Assembly: GCA_040768745.1 (NCBI GenBank)
Contig: JAXGMI010000001.1
Coordinates: 1,088,001 to 1,152,000, forward strand
Origin: Desulfomicrobium sp.
GTDB lineage: Bacteria; Desulfobacterota; Desulfovibrionia; Desulfovibrionales; Desulfomicrobiaceae
DNA length: 64,000 nt
Direction: 5' to 3'
Part shown: positions 26,118-35,635 of the stretch, piece after piece
How the letters are laid out: each line of letters opens with the position of its first letter
How positions within the stretch are numbered: position 1 is the stretch's first letter
Notes under the pieces: model-generated
Database searches by the model: none
What the model was told of the DNA's origin: nothing
What the model saw: the letters and a program-made list of their open reading frames with translations, nothing else
Position numbers and translations under genes: made by a program

Positions 26118-27836
26118 ATGAATGTATTCTTGCGGAAATGGAAAAAGTATTTCGTCCTTGCCGGGATGTTGAGCTGCCTCATCAATCTGCTGCAATTGAC
26201 ATTCTCCTTTTACATGTTCGCCATATACGGATCAGTCGTAAACAGTTTCAGCTACAGCACCCTCTCCTCCATCACGATCATCGCCGTCTTCTGCCTCGCG
26301 TTCCTGGCGGTCTTTTCCATGCTGCGCGGCAAGCTGCTGCATGCCTCCGGCGTCGCACTGGAGCGGTCCCTCAGCCGGGATGTCATGGAAACGATGATCA
26401 CCTCCATGGCCGGGCCCGAGAAGAAGTCCTACCAGCAGGGCCTGGCGGACATCTCCACGCTGCGGAACTTCCTGGGCAGCCCGGCGCTGCACGCTGTCTT
26501 CGACATCCCCTGGGCCCCCATCTACCTCGTGCTGATATTCTTTTTCCATCCCGGCCTGGGCCTGCTGGCCCTGGGAGGGGCGGTGGTCACCCTGGGCCTG
26601 ACCCTGCTCCAGGATCGCTGGACCAGGGACCGGCTGGCGGGGGCCAATGTCCTTGCCCTTGAGGGACGCAGGTTCATGGACACCATGCTCAAGAACGCCG
26701 AGGTGGTGAACGCCATGGGCATGGGCGGGGCCGTGTACTCCCGCTTCGAGGAGAAGAACGCCGAGATCGTCTACAATCAGACCGTGGCCAGCAGATATGC
26801 GGGCCTGGCCCAGAGCGCCATCAAGTCCATCCAGGTGCTGATGAATGTGCTGATCTACGGGGCCGGAGCCTGGTACGTCATCGCGGAGGGCTTTGACGCC
26901 GGGTTGATGATCGCCGCCTCCATCATCATGGGGCAGGCCATTTCCCCGTTCATGCGCGCCCTGTTCGGGGCCAAGAACATTGCCCAGGCCAGGGAGGCGT
27001 ACACCCGCCTGCATACGTTTTCCCAGATCATGGACAGCAGGACCGAGAGGATGCCGTTGCCCGCCCCGCGGGGAGCCCTGACGGCCGAAGGTGTTTTTTT
27101 CGTCCTCAACAAGCGGGTGCTGCTGGGCGACGTGTCCCTGCGCCTCGATCCGGGCCAGTTTCTGGGGCTGGTGGGCCCCAATGGGGCGGGCAAAACCACC
27201 CTCGGCCGGGTCCTGCTGGGGATCTGGCCCCCTGTGCGCGGCACGGTCCGCCTGGACGGGGTGGATGTCTCCCGGTGGGACAAGGCGGAGTTCGGGAGGC
27301 ACGTGGGCTACCTGCCCCAGGAGGTGGACCTTTTTCCGGCCACCGTGGCCGAGAATATCGCCCGCCTGGACACGCCGGACATGTTCGAGGTGCAGCGGGT
27401 CTGCGAAGAGGTGGGCATTGCCGAACTCGTCACGGCCCTTCCCCAGGGTTACGAGACGGTGGTGGGCAGATCGGGCGGGGTCATGTTCTCCGGGGGCCAG
27501 AAGCAGCGGATCGGCCTGGCGCGCGCCCTGTACGGGGCCCCCAGACTGCTGATCCTGGACGAGCCCAACTCCAACCTGGACGAGGCCGGGGAAGCGCATC
27601 TGGTCCAGACCCTGGAGCGGATCCGGCAGGCCCGCAGCGCCACCTGCATCATGATAACGCATAAAATGGAGCTGTTGCGCATGGTGGACAAGATACTCGT
27701 CTTGCAGAATGGTCAGGTGGCCCATTTCGGGGAGCGGACCGAGGTCCTCGGGGCCATTGCCCGGACATCCCAGCCTGCGCGGCCGCAGCAGGCCGGACCT
27801 GCAAGGAGCCTGGGCAGCGGGGAAGGAGCCGAATGA
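26118..27836 (+). CDS. Type I secretion ABC transporter, PrtD/AprD family (copy 1)
   Basis: AVFDIPWAP, KNAEVVNAMGM, GPNGAGKT, GYLPQEV, FSGGQKQRIGLARA, LDEPNSNLD. Confidence 0.92.
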   Translation: MNVFLRKWKKYFVLAGMLSCLINLLQLTFSFYMFAIYGSVVNSFSYSTLSSITIIAVFCLAFLAVFSMLRGKLLHASGVALERSLSRDVMETMITSMAGPEKKSYQQGLADISTLRNFLGSPALHAVFDIPWAPIYLVLIFFFHPGLGLLALGGAVVTLGLTLLQDRWTRDRLAGANVLALEGRRFMDTMLKNAEVVNAMGMGGAVYSRFEEKNAEIVYNQTVASRYAGLAQSAIKSIQVLMNVLIYGAGAWYVIAEGFDAGLMIAASIIMGQAISPFMRALFGAKNIAQAREAYTRLHTFSQIMDSRTERMPLPAPRGALTAEGVFFVLNKRVLLGDVSLRLDPGQFLGLVGPNGAGKTTLGRVLLGIWPPVRGTVRLDGVDVSRWDKAEFGRHVGYLPQEVDLFPATVAENIARLDTPDMFEVQRVCEEVGIAELVTALPQGYETVVGRSGGVMFSGGQKQRIGLARALYGAPRLLILDEPNSNLDEAGEAHLVQTLERIRQARSATCIMITHKMELLRMVDKILVLQNGQVAHFGERTEVLGAIARTSQPARPQQAGPARSLGSGEGAE

Positions 27837-29209
27837 AACGAAACAACGTGTTGCGCTACTTTGTGCCGGGCCTGCTGGCGGTCCTGCTGACCGTCCAGGG
27901 CGCCTGGGGAACGGAACATGCGCCGGGCGGAGGGCCGCCGGCGTACACGCTGCGGGACTGCGTGGAGATGGCCCTGGAACGCAGCCCGCGGATCCAGGCC
28001 GCCGAGGACGCCATCCGCAAGGCGGACGCCGATGTGGGGATGGCCAGGTCCGGATTTTTCCCCAAGGTGAAGGCCTATGCGACCAGCAGGACCCTGCAGG
28101 GCCTGAGTTCCACGGGGTACTACAGTGACAGCGACTACGACGACCAGTCCGCGACGAGCCAGGGCCTGCAGTTGACCCAGGCCCTTTTCGCCGGGCTGAC
28201 CATATTCAACGGCTACCAGCGGGCCGTCCTGGCCCGCGAGTACGTGGCGGCCGAAAGGGAGGAGGCCGTGGCCGGCCTGACCCTGGAGGTGCAGTCCGTG
28301 TTCCTGGAACGGCTGCGGGCCGTGGAGCAGGCCAAGGTCTACAAGGCCCACCTGGACAGCCTGGAAGTCAACGGACGGGCCCTGGAGGCCATGTTCGCCC
28401 AGCGCCTCGTCCCCTACAGCGACGTGCTGGACGTGCAGGCCGAGATCTCCAACGCCCGGCAGAAGCTGAGCGAAGCCGAAAACTCCGTGGCCGTGAAGAC
28501 CATCGAACTCAAGGGGCTGATGCAGGTCCCCTTCGAGCAGGAGGCGGTGTTCGTGGCGGACGCCTGGGACGCGGCCTACATGCCGGAGCTGACCCTGGAG
28601 CAGATCAGGTCCCACGCCTTTGAAAACAAGCCCGGGATTCTGCTGGCCAGGCTCGCGGTGCAGGTGGTCCAGAAGGACAGGGACGTGGCCATGGGCACCT
28701 TTGCCCCGCGCGTCAACCTCACCCTGTCCTACAACAAGCTGGATATGAACTACGATGACCCGGGACGGAGTCTGGCCGGGGATTACGACCGCGACTACAC
28801 CAAGGAATACGGGGTGGGCATGCTCTCGGTGGAATGGGACCTGTTCACGGGAGGCCGGGACTACCACCAGCTGCAGCGGGTCAAGCACGAGATCAGCCGG
28901 CTGCAGAACAACCTGAAGGACCAGGAGTCCATGGCCTACACGGAAATCGAGAAGTCCTACGCCTCGTTTCAGGAGGCGCGGAGCCGGGCCCGGCACGCCC
29001 TGGCCTTTCTGAAAAGTTCCAGGGAGAACCTGGCCGTGGCCCAGGCGCGCCTGGACAAAAGCATGGGCACCCTGCCGGAGCTGGTGCTGGCCCGCAGCAA
29101 AGTCCAGGATGCGGAGTCGAGCCTCGTGGCATCGCACATCGACTGCCAGAAGGCCCTGGCCAACCTGAATTACGCCATGGGCCGCCGCACCTCGTCCCTG
29201 TTGCAGTAA
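27833..29209 (+). CDS. TolC-family outer membrane protein
   Basis: Signal peptide; TLRDCVEMALERSP, ARSGFFPKV, WDLFTGG; located in the T1SS operon. Confidence 0.88.
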   Translation: MKRNNVLRYFVPGLLAVLLTVQGAWGTEHAPGGGPPAYTLRDCVEMALERSPRIQAAEDAIRKADADVGMARSGFFPKVKAYATSRTLQGLSSTGYYSDSDYDDQSATSQGLQLTQALFAGLTIFNGYQRAVLAREYVAAEREEAVAGLTLEVQSVFLERLRAVEQAKVYKAHLDSLEVNGRALEAMFAQRLVPYSDVLDVQAEISNARQKLSEAENSVAVKTIELKGLMQVPFEQEAVFVADAWDAAYMPELTLEQIRSHAFENKPGILLARLAVQVVQKDRDVAMGTFAPRVNLTLSYNKLDMNYDDPGRSLAGDYDRDYTKEYGVGMLSVEWDLFTGGRDYHQLQRVKHEISRLQNNLKDQESMAYTEIEKSYASFQEARSRARHALAFLKSSRENLAVAQARLDKSMGTLPELVLARSKVQDAESSLVASHIDCQKALANLNYAMGRRTSSLLQ

Positions 29210-29218
29210 GGAGCACCG

Positions 29219-30877
29219 ATGAAAGCCTTCATGAAGAAATGGATGCAGTACTTCTGGTTCGCGTTTTTTTTCAGCCTGTTCATCAACACGCTGCAGCTCG
29301 TGTTCCCTGTCTATATGCTCCTCATCTACGACAAGGTCCTGGCCAGCAGGAGCGTGCCGACCCTGCTGACCGTCACGGTCGGCGCTGTCCTGTCCCTCTC
29401 GGTCATGGCCTGCCTCGACTTTTTGCGTTCCCGCCTGCTGGTGCGGGCCGGCGTTGCCGTGGACCGCACCCTGACCCGCCCCGTCATCACGGAAATGGTC
29501 CGTGACGCCGTGCGCATCGACTCCAAATCGTACCGCGAGGGGATCCTGGACATCAACACCGTGCGCAATTTCCTTTCGGGCAGCGCTGCGTTCTCCTTTT
29601 TCGATCTGCCCTGGGTGCCCATCTACATCTTGGCCATCTACTCCATGAACGCCTGGCTGGGCTGGCTGGCCCTGGGCGGGGCCTGCGTGCTCCTGCTCCT
29701 GGGCCTGGCCCAGGAGCTGCTGACCGGCGAGCGGTTCGCCCTGGCCAAGACCATGGAGCGGCGCTCGAACCAGCTCGTGGGGCTGGGGTTGCGCAACGCG
29801 GAGGTCATCACCGGGATGAACATGCTGCCCGGCCTGGTCAACCACTGGCTGCGCGGCCAGGAGCAGGCCCTGTGGCTGCAGACCAACGCCTTCCGCTTCA
29901 GCTCCCTGCTGGGGTCCCTGTCCAAAACCTTCCGCTCGGGCATGCAGGTTTTCGTGTACGGGGTCGGCGCGTACCTGGTCCTGGAGAACGAGACCACGGC
30001 CGGAGTCATGATCGCGGCCTCGGTCATCGTGCGGCAGGCGCTGGGTCCTGTGGACCAGGTCATGGGGACCTGGAAGCAGACCGTGGAGGCCCGGGCCGCG
30101 TACAAGCGGCTGCGGGCCCTGCTGGAGGCGGCCCAGACCCGTACGGCCATGGAGCTGCCCGAGCCCAAGGGCAGGCTGGAGGTCGAGGGCCTGGGCCTGG
30201 CCCTGGCCGGCCGCCCCATCGTGAACAACGTGTCCTTTGCCCTGGCCCCGGGCGAGTCCATGGGGCTCATCGGCCCCAGCGGAGCGGGCAAGAGCTCCCT
30301 GTGCCGTCTGCTGCTGGGGATCTGGCCGGGGACGGCGGGCAAGGTCCGCCTGGACGGGGCGGACATCTTTTCCTGGGACAGCGACGCGCTGGGCCGCTAT
30401 GTGGGCTACCTGCCCCAGGACGTGGAGCTTTTCGCCGGCACCGTGGCCGAGAACATCGCGCGCATGGGCGAGGTCGAGGCCGACAAGGTTGTGGAGGCCG
30501 CCACCCTGGCCGGGGTGCACGAGATGATCCTGCGCATGCCCCAGGGGTATGACACCCAGATCGGGGACCTGGGGGCCCAGCTTTCCGGGGGGCAGCGGCA
30601 GCTCGTGGGCCTGGCCCGCGTCTTTTACGGAACACCCAGGCTGGTGATCCTGGACGAGCCCAACTCCAACCTCGACGACCGCGGCGAGCGGGCCCTGGCC
30701 CTGGCCCTGGGCGAGCTGAAGCAGCGGGGCGCGACCACCATCATGGTCACCCACAAGCCGTCGCTGCTGGCCTCGGTGGACAGGATCCTGGTGCTCAAGG
30801 ACGGGCAGGCCGCCATGTTCGGCCCGCGGGAGGAGGTCTTCAAAGCCCTGATGTCCGCCCCGGGGGGCAACGCGTGA
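29219..30877 (+). CDS. Type I secretion ABC transporter, PrtD/AprD family (copy 2)
   Basis: YMLLIYDKVLASRSVPTL, FFDLPWVP, GPSGAGKS, LSGGQRQ, LDEPNSNLD. Confidence 0.92.
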   Translation: MKAFMKKWMQYFWFAFFFSLFINTLQLVFPVYMLLIYDKVLASRSVPTLLTVTVGAVLSLSVMACLDFLRSRLLVRAGVAVDRTLTRPVITEMVRDAVRIDSKSYREGILDINTVRNFLSGSAAFSFFDLPWVPIYILAIYSMNAWLGWLALGGACVLLLLGLAQELLTGERFALAKTMERRSNQLVGLGLRNAEVITGMNMLPGLVNHWLRGQEQALWLQTNAFRFSSLLGSLSKTFRSGMQVFVYGVGAYLVLENETTAGVMIAASVIVRQALGPVDQVMGTWKQTVEARAAYKRLRALLEAAQTRTAMELPEPKGRLEVEGLGLALAGRPIVNNVSFALAPGESMGLIGPSGAGKSSLCRLLLGIWPGTAGKVRLDGADIFSWDSDALGRYVGYLPQDVELFAGTVAENIARMGEVEADKVVEAATLAGVHEMILRMPQGYDTQIGDLGAQLSGGQRQLVGLARVFYGTPRLVILDEPNSNLDDRGERALALALGELKQRGATTIMVTHKPSLLASVDRILVLKDGQAAMFGPREEVFKALMSAPGGNA

Positions 30878-30935
30878 TGTGCCGGGCCGATTCGCGATGG
30901 TTTCCGGCCGCTGACAACGAATGAGGAGAAGTGGG

Positions 30936-32261
30936 ATGTCGCAACTGACACCGGAAGAAAGCAAGATTCTCGACACCAATCCCCGCCCAATCATCTGGGC
31001 GGGGCTGGCACTCATCGTCCTTTTCTTTGGCGGACTGCTGGCCTGGTCCGCCTTTCTGCCGTTTTACGGCGCCGTGGTGACCCATGGGACGGTCAAGGTT
31101 TCCCAGAACAAGAAGGTCGTCCAGCACCTGGAAGGGGGCATCATCGACAAAATTTTCGTGCGCGAGGGGGACGAGGTGCGGGCCGGGCAGGTGCTCATCC
31201 GCCTGCGCGACGAGCGCATCGAGGCCTCCGTGTCCCTGGGCCAGGGACACCTGTGGGCCAAGATCGCCCTGGCCGCGCGGCTCAGGGCCGAAAGCCAGCT
31301 GGCGGAAAAGGTGGAATGGCCCCCGGAAATGCTCAGCGCGGCAGGGGAACCCGAGGTGGCCGAGGCCCGGGACAAGGAGAACGCCGTGTTCGTATCCCGC
31401 CTGCGGGACATGCAGGGCAAGATCTCCCTCTACAACTCCCAGATCGAGCAGCTGCAGCGCCAGGCCGAAGGCGCCCAGGCCGAACTTGCGGCCCAGCAGA
31501 ACATCATCGCCAGCCTCAGGGGCGAGATTGTGGCCAAGGAGGCCCTGCTGCGGGAAAAGTACATCGACCAGGCCCAGATCTTCGAACTCAAACGCCGCCT
31601 GTCCTCCTCCGAGGGGCAGGCCGGCAGCCTGCAGCAGGGCATCGCCGAGAACAGGAAGCGGATCGAGGAGCTGCGCCTGCGCATCGTGGACCTGCGCAAC
31701 TCCTACCGCGAGTCCGCCATTTCGGAATTGAGCAAGGTCACGGACGAGATATTCCAGCTCCGCGAGCAGCTGCGGCCCATGCGCGATTCCCAGAAGCGCC
31801 TGGACATCGCGGCCCCGGTGGACGGGATCGTCCTCAACCTGCTGGTCCATTCCGAGAATTCGGCGGTGATCAGGCCGGGGGAGGCACTCCTGGACATCGT
31901 GCCCAAGGACGCGCGGCTCATCGTGGAGGCCCGCATCCCGCCCAACGAGATCACCAAGGTGCACAAGGGCCAGCATGCCGAGGTCATCCTCTCGGCCTTT
32001 GACCGCAGGACCATGCCCCGCTTCGCCGGGGTGGTGGACTACGTGTCCGCGGACCAGCTGGTGCAGGACGCCTCCACCGGGGGCATGCCCTTCTACCTGG
32101 TGCACATCGTGGTGGAGGAGGCGGGCCTGAAGGAGGCCGGGGCCTACCTCTACCCGGGCATGCCGGCGGAATGCTACATCACCACCGAGGAGCGGACCAT
32201 CCTCTTCTACCTGCTGGAACCCTTCCTTAAGATCATGGACAAGGCCCTGCGGGAACCCTAA
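30936..32261 (+). CDS. HlyD/PrtE-family membrane fusion protein
   Basis: VQHLEGGII, VREGDEV.AGQ, long coiled coil, IAAPVDG, LYPGMPAE, YLLEP. Confidence 0.92.
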   Translation: MSQLTPEESKILDTNPRPIIWAGLALIVLFFGGLLAWSAFLPFYGAVVTHGTVKVSQNKKVVQHLEGGIIDKIFVREGDEVRAGQVLIRLRDERIEASVSLGQGHLWAKIALAARLRAESQLAEKVEWPPEMLSAAGEPEVAEARDKENAVFVSRLRDMQGKISLYNSQIEQLQRQAEGAQAELAAQQNIIASLRGEIVAKEALLREKYIDQAQIFELKRRLSSSEGQAGSLQQGIAENRKRIEELRLRIVDLRNSYRESAISELSKVTDEIFQLREQLRPMRDSQKRLDIAAPVDGIVLNLLVHSENSAVIRPGEALLDIVPKDARLIVEARIPPNEITKVHKGQHAEVILSAFDRRTMPRFAGVVDYVSADQLVQDASTGGMPFYLVHIVVEEAGLKEAGAYLYPGMPAECYITTEERTILFYLLEPFLKIMDKALREP

Positions 32262-32285
32262 CCCGCGGAGGCAAGCAGGAACGCC

Positions 32286-32327
32286 AAGCTGCGCCCGGGA
32301 CCGATCGGTCCCGGGCGCAGCTTTTTT
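32286..32327 (+). terminator. Intrinsic terminator formed by a 38-bp perfect palindrome plus T tract
   Basis: AAGCTGCGCCCGGGACCGA|TCGGTCCCGGGCGCAGCTT TTTT between convergent genes. Confidence 0.75.
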
Positions 32328-32361
32328 CTGGCCTTGCCTGCGCCGGGCCGGGGCGGGAGGG

Positions 32362-33144
32362 TCAGCCCAGGGCGTCGAAACTGATGGTGTCGTTCTGGAT
32401 GGGAAAGGACGAGGCCTCCGCGGACCCGGGCGCCGCGGCCGCGGCCTTGGCGTGGGCTTCGGACAGCCTGCCCAGGAGGGGGAAGTGCTGGATGGAGAGC
32501 AGCTGGTAGTAGGCCAGGGGCAGGGCCTGGTTTTGGCGCAGGGACAGAAACGCTTCGTCGGGGAGGGCGTCCAGGGCCTTGTCGTCGATTTTGAAAATGC
32601 CCTGCAGGGTCTTTTCCCCCTGGGGGGTCTTCAGGGTGACGGGCCAGGGCTGGATGAGGCCGTGCTGCTGCAGGGCCGCGCAGGCCCTGGCGGTCAAGAC
32701 CCCGCTCTGGGCCTGGAGGTTGAGGGCGCGCATGACCTCGGTCACGGCCGCGGCGGGTTTGCCTTCCCGGTCGTAGAAGTCCTGCCCTTCGGGCCCCTGG
32801 CTGTCCGTGACCTGCTCCTCGTCCACCACCAGGACCGGCTGGCCGTCCGGGGTCTGGCGCAGGGAGAAGGGCATGGTCCGGAAGGCCAGGGGCATGTAGG
32901 CCGCCAGCCACCCGCCCTTGGGGGAGACGAACAGGTTCCTGCCCGGCTGCAGGCCCAGGATGGCCGCGGGCGTGAAGGCGTCCTTGGCCTGCACGAAGCA
33001 GAGGGGAAAATATACCGCCGCCGTGGACATCTCCACCATGGTCACGGGGACGATGTGGTTCCGGGCGGCCATGGCCAGCCCTGCCGACGTCCGCCAGCGG
33101 GAGGTGGCGTGGCGCTCTCGGGACACGGGAACGAATTTGGGCAT
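32362..33144 (-). CDS. sapC: SapC family protein
   Basis: VPVSRERH, PVTMVEM.....YFPLCF, AILGLQPGRNLFV, W.AAYMPLAFRTMPF, IDDKALDALPD, LAYYQLLS; RBS GAGG before ATG 33144. Confidence 0.8.
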   Translation of the reverse strand: MPKFVPVSRERHATSRWRTSAGLAMAARNHIVPVTMVEMSTAAVYFPLCFVQAKDAFTPAAILGLQPGRNLFVSPKGGWLAAYMPLAFRTMPFSLRQTPDGQPVLVVDEEQVTDSQGPEGQDFYDREGKPAAAVTEVMRALNLQAQSGVLTARACAALQQHGLIQPWPVTLKTPQGEKTLQGIFKIDDKALDALPDEAFLSLRQNQALPLAYYQLLSIQHFPLLGRLSEAHAKAAAAAPGSAEASSFPIQNDTISFDALG

Positions 33145-33278
33145 TTTATCCTCGGGGTTAGAGAATGGAAGCGGGTCTGGCCAGGGGCCATGGCGGTCGC
33201 GGCGGAGAGGGAATGGCCCTCTCCGGGCCAGCCGCCGGGTCCCGGGGGGACGGTTTCCCCCAGGGACAGCCTTTGTCC

Positions 33279-33316
33279 TTGACATCCTGATCCGCTCTGT
33301 TAATTTATAAGTTAAC
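33279..33316 (+). promoter_or_regulatory. Promoter and palindromic operator of the TAC operon
   Basis: TTGACA (33279) and extended -10 TGnTAATTT; near-palindrome GTTAATTTATAAGTTAAC (33299-33316); ATG only 2 nt later, so probably leaderless. Confidence 0.6.
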
Positions 33317-33318
33317 CA

Positions 33319-33699
33319 ATGTCAAAGCGCGATCTTCTTTCCGCAATTCTTCCCGGGTCCGAAATAAAGACGGGCATCTGCTACTGGTCGCCGGACGATG
33401 CCTACGGGTTCGAGAAATGGTTGGACGCGTCCCGCATGGACCTGAAGACCAGGAAGAAGCTCGTGGCCCAGCTCACGCTGTACGCCAGGCACGGGCTGCC
33501 CAAAGGGAACAGGGAGAAGTTCCGGCATGTGGAGGGCAAGATCTGCGAGATCAAGCCCACGTCCCAGATCCGCCTCCTGGGGTTCGAGGAGGGCGCGGAT
33601 TTTGTCATCGTGTGCATGGACATCAAGAAGGCAAACAAGCTCTCGCCCGCGCTGATCGAGCGGGCCCAACGGCTCTGGAGGCAGTATCATGAGCGATGA
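33319..33699 (+). CDS. RelE/HigB-superfamily toxin (Gp49-like)
   Basis: EKFRHVEGKICEIK...IRLLGF...KKANKLSPALIERA; basic 126-aa protein upstream of an HTH gene. Confidence 0.75.
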   Translation: MSKRDLLSAILPGSEIKTGICYWSPDDAYGFEKWLDASRMDLKTRKKLVAQLTLYARHGLPKGNREKFRHVEGKICEIKPTSQIRLLGFEEGADFVIVCMDIKKANKLSPALIERAQRLWRQYHER

Positions 33700-34096
33700 A
33701 CAGGAGTACGCGGGCTGTCTTGGCGGTATCTACGGCCAGATGTCCGAAGTGGAGCTGCATTTCGAGGAGCTGCTGCATGCGGTGTCCGAGGAGATCAACC
33801 GGGTCATGGTCCAGGGCGGGGTGAACAAGACCGAGCTGGCCTGCCGGATGGAGGTGTCCAAACCCTATGTGACCAGGCTGCTGAACGGCACGGCCAATGT
33901 CAGCCTGCTGACCCTGGCCAAGATTTCCGTGGCCCTGGGGCACAGGGTCGGCGTGACCCTGGTCCCGGCCGGGTGGGAGTCCAGGGTCTTCGCCGTCTCC
34001 CCGCGCAACGAGACCCTCCGGCTGCACCGGCGCGCCCAGTACGACGGGTTCACGGACAAGGACGAACAGGTGGTGGTCAATGCTGAAGGTTATTGA
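33689..34096 (+). CDS. HigA-like XRE-HTH antitoxin with C-terminal extension
   Basis: GVNKTELACRMEVSKPYVTRLLNGTANVSLLTLAKI; ~40-aa tail after the HTH. Confidence 0.8.
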   Translation: MSDEQEYAGCLGGIYGQMSEVELHFEELLHAVSEEINRVMVQGGVNKTELACRMEVSKPYVTRLLNGTANVSLLTLAKISVALGHRVGVTLVPAGWESRVFAVSPRNETLRLHRRAQYDGFTDKDEQVVVNAEGY

Positions 34097-34472
34097 TTAC
34101 ATCTTCCCGGAAGTGGAATGCCGGGCCAACCCCGGCTGCCCCGCCAACCCGCAGGAGATCGTCCCGCCCTCGGTGCGCGTCGCCAACCGCCTGGCGGTGA
34201 AGGAGAGCCAGGAGAACATCTACCGGCTGGCCCTGCACATCGAATTCGGCAGGCCCGAGGAGAAATGCTCCTACGTGGGCCAGGTCCGCATCGTGGGCCT
34301 GTTCGCCGCGCAGCCAGACAGGCCCAACCCGGAGACGGTCCTGCTCGTGGCCGGGTCCAGCCTGCTCTACGCCGCGGCCCGCGAATTCATCCTGTCCATC
34401 ACCTCCCGCGGCCCCAACGCCCCCCTCATGCTGCCCATGGTCCGCTTCCAGCCCCGGAAGGCATGTGCATGA
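34080..34472 (+). CDS. SecB-like chaperone
   Basis: Y...VRIVGLF...GSSLLYAAAREFILSITSRGPNAPLMLPMVRF matches the SecB C-terminal helix/LP pattern. Confidence 0.75.
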   Translation: MLKVIDYIFPEVECRANPGCPANPQEIVPPSVRVANRLAVKESQENIYRLALHIEFGRPEEKCSYVGQVRIVGLFAAQPDRPNPETVLLVAGSSLLYAAAREFILSITSRGPNAPLMLPMVRFQPRKACA

Positions 34473-34583
34473 CGGGCTGTTTCGTGCAGGCTGCGGGCCG
34501 GCGCAGTCCGGCCCCGGCCTGGAACGGCCCTGATGGCAGGCCAGGTGTGAAGGGCCCCAGACTGTAAAAAAATCTTTGCTCGC

Positions 34584-34680
34584 TGTCGGAATTCCTTACA
34601 CATTCCTGGCAGTTAATCATATGGTTTCGGACGTTGCCCAATTTTATCAACCGGTTGGCTTCCATGGCACGGGTAGTGCA
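34584..34680 (+). promoter_or_regulatory. Sigma54 promoter with TGT-N11-ACA enhancer and IHF site (PEP-CTERM gene 1)
   Basis: TGTCGGAATTCCTTACA 34584-34600; TATCAACCGGTTG 34645-34657; TGGCACGGGTAGTGCA 34665-34680. Confidence 0.8.
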
Positions 34681-34726
34681 GGAAATGGTTACAAAACATT
34701 CACGATCAAGCAACAAGGAGCTGGTT

Positions 34727-35083
34727 ATGAAGAAGTTGTATACGATTTTCTGCGTGGCGGTCCTCGTGCTGGCCATGAGCGGATTTTCTTTTGCTGCGAC
34801 CCAGAAGGGGAAGCTCAGCATCCAGGAGCCGACGGCCCCCCTGATCACCCCTGAGGAGCCGGTCATCCAGGACACGGAGCCGACTGTCACCCTGAGCGCC
34901 CTGGCGCTGCCGGCTACCGAGGATCTGGGGGAGCTGAACGTGCCGCTGGAGCAGCCGTCCTTGCGGTCCGTTAGTCCGGCCATGGTTGTGGAGTCGCCGA
35001 ATGCGGTCCCCGAGCCGACCACCCTGCTGCTGATGGGCGTCGGACTTCTTGGGCTGGCTGGCGTGTACAGAACGCGGCGCTGA
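34727..35083 (+). CDS. Small PEP-CTERM protein (118 aa)
   Basis: Signal peptide MKKLYTIF...SFAA; C-terminal VPEPTTLLLMGVGLLGLAGVYRTRR; AAGGAG RBS. Confidence 0.92.
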   Translation: MKKLYTIFCVAVLVLAMSGFSFAATQKGKLSIQEPTAPLITPEEPVIQDTEPTVTLSALALPATEDLGELNVPLEQPSLRSVSPAMVVESPNAVPEPTTLLLMGVGLLGLAGVYRTRR

Positions 35084-35104
35084 TATTTTCCTGCGCGGGA
35101 ATTG

Positions 35105-35137
35105 AAAAAGGCGGGGCCTCGAAGCCCTGCCTTTTTT
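35105..35137 (+). terminator. Intrinsic terminator
   Basis: AAAAAGGCGGGGC-CTCGAA-GCCCTGCCTTTTTT. Confidence 0.85.
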
Positions 35138-35378
35138 ATGGCCCATCCGGTCCGAGCGTCCGCGCACGGACGGATGGCTGTTCGATTTCTGAATGGATAC
35201 GGCACTCAGAAAAGCCGTGGATTGCCACGTGTTCTGCGGGCGGACCCTGAAGGGTATAGACTCGCAATGATGAAAAAATACTCTCGTCGCACGCCAGGCT
35301 CTGCGTGGCGATTCCTCGCAATGACAGGATTCAGACGCATGATCCGTCATCGTGAGGCGTCTTCGCCGTGGCGATCCA
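35138..35378. repeat. Conserved non-coding block with REP-like palindromic motifs (copy 1)
   Basis: Similar to 36089-36250; contains GGATTGCCACG...CTCGCAATGA(C) and the inverted GTCATCGTGAG...CGTGGCGATCC. Confidence 0.7.
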
Positions 35379-35498
35379 TCCTTTGTCCGATCGATACCAG
35401 TCGTCTTTTTATTCGCCGTCTCCCAAAAGGTTTCGAACCGCGGCCCCGGTGGCTGGCCGGGTCTGAATGCCAAAAAATTGTATAAAATCTCGAATAGT

Positions 35499-35595
35499 TG
35501 TCGGGAAACTTTACATCCAGCGGCGGTCCGCATGGGTGCAACCCTGCTTGAATCCAGGAATATCAACGCGTTGACCGTATGGCACGGGTCGTGCA
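35499..35595 (+). promoter_or_regulatory. Sigma54 promoter with TGT-N11-ACA enhancer and IHF site (PEP-CTERM gene 2)
   Basis: TGTCGGGAAACTTTACA 35499-35515; TATCAACGCGTTG 35561-35573; TGGCACGGGTCGTGCA 35580-35595; same enhancer-promoter spacing as copy 1. Confidence 0.8.
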
Positions 35596-35635
35596 AAAAC
35601 ATTTGCTCCAACGATCAAGCAGTAAGGAGTTGATT

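Noticed and set aside
17824..31015. Very long antisense or alternative-frame ORFs (e.g. 17824-20091 -, 27713-31015 -; likewise 43722-47279 + and 47820-50639 -)
   Set aside because: They shadow well-supported genes in GC-rich DNA, where stop codons are scarce off-frame, and show no recognisable motifs
33319..34472. TAC triad as evidence of a prophage
   Set aside because: No integrase, structural or replication phage genes flank it
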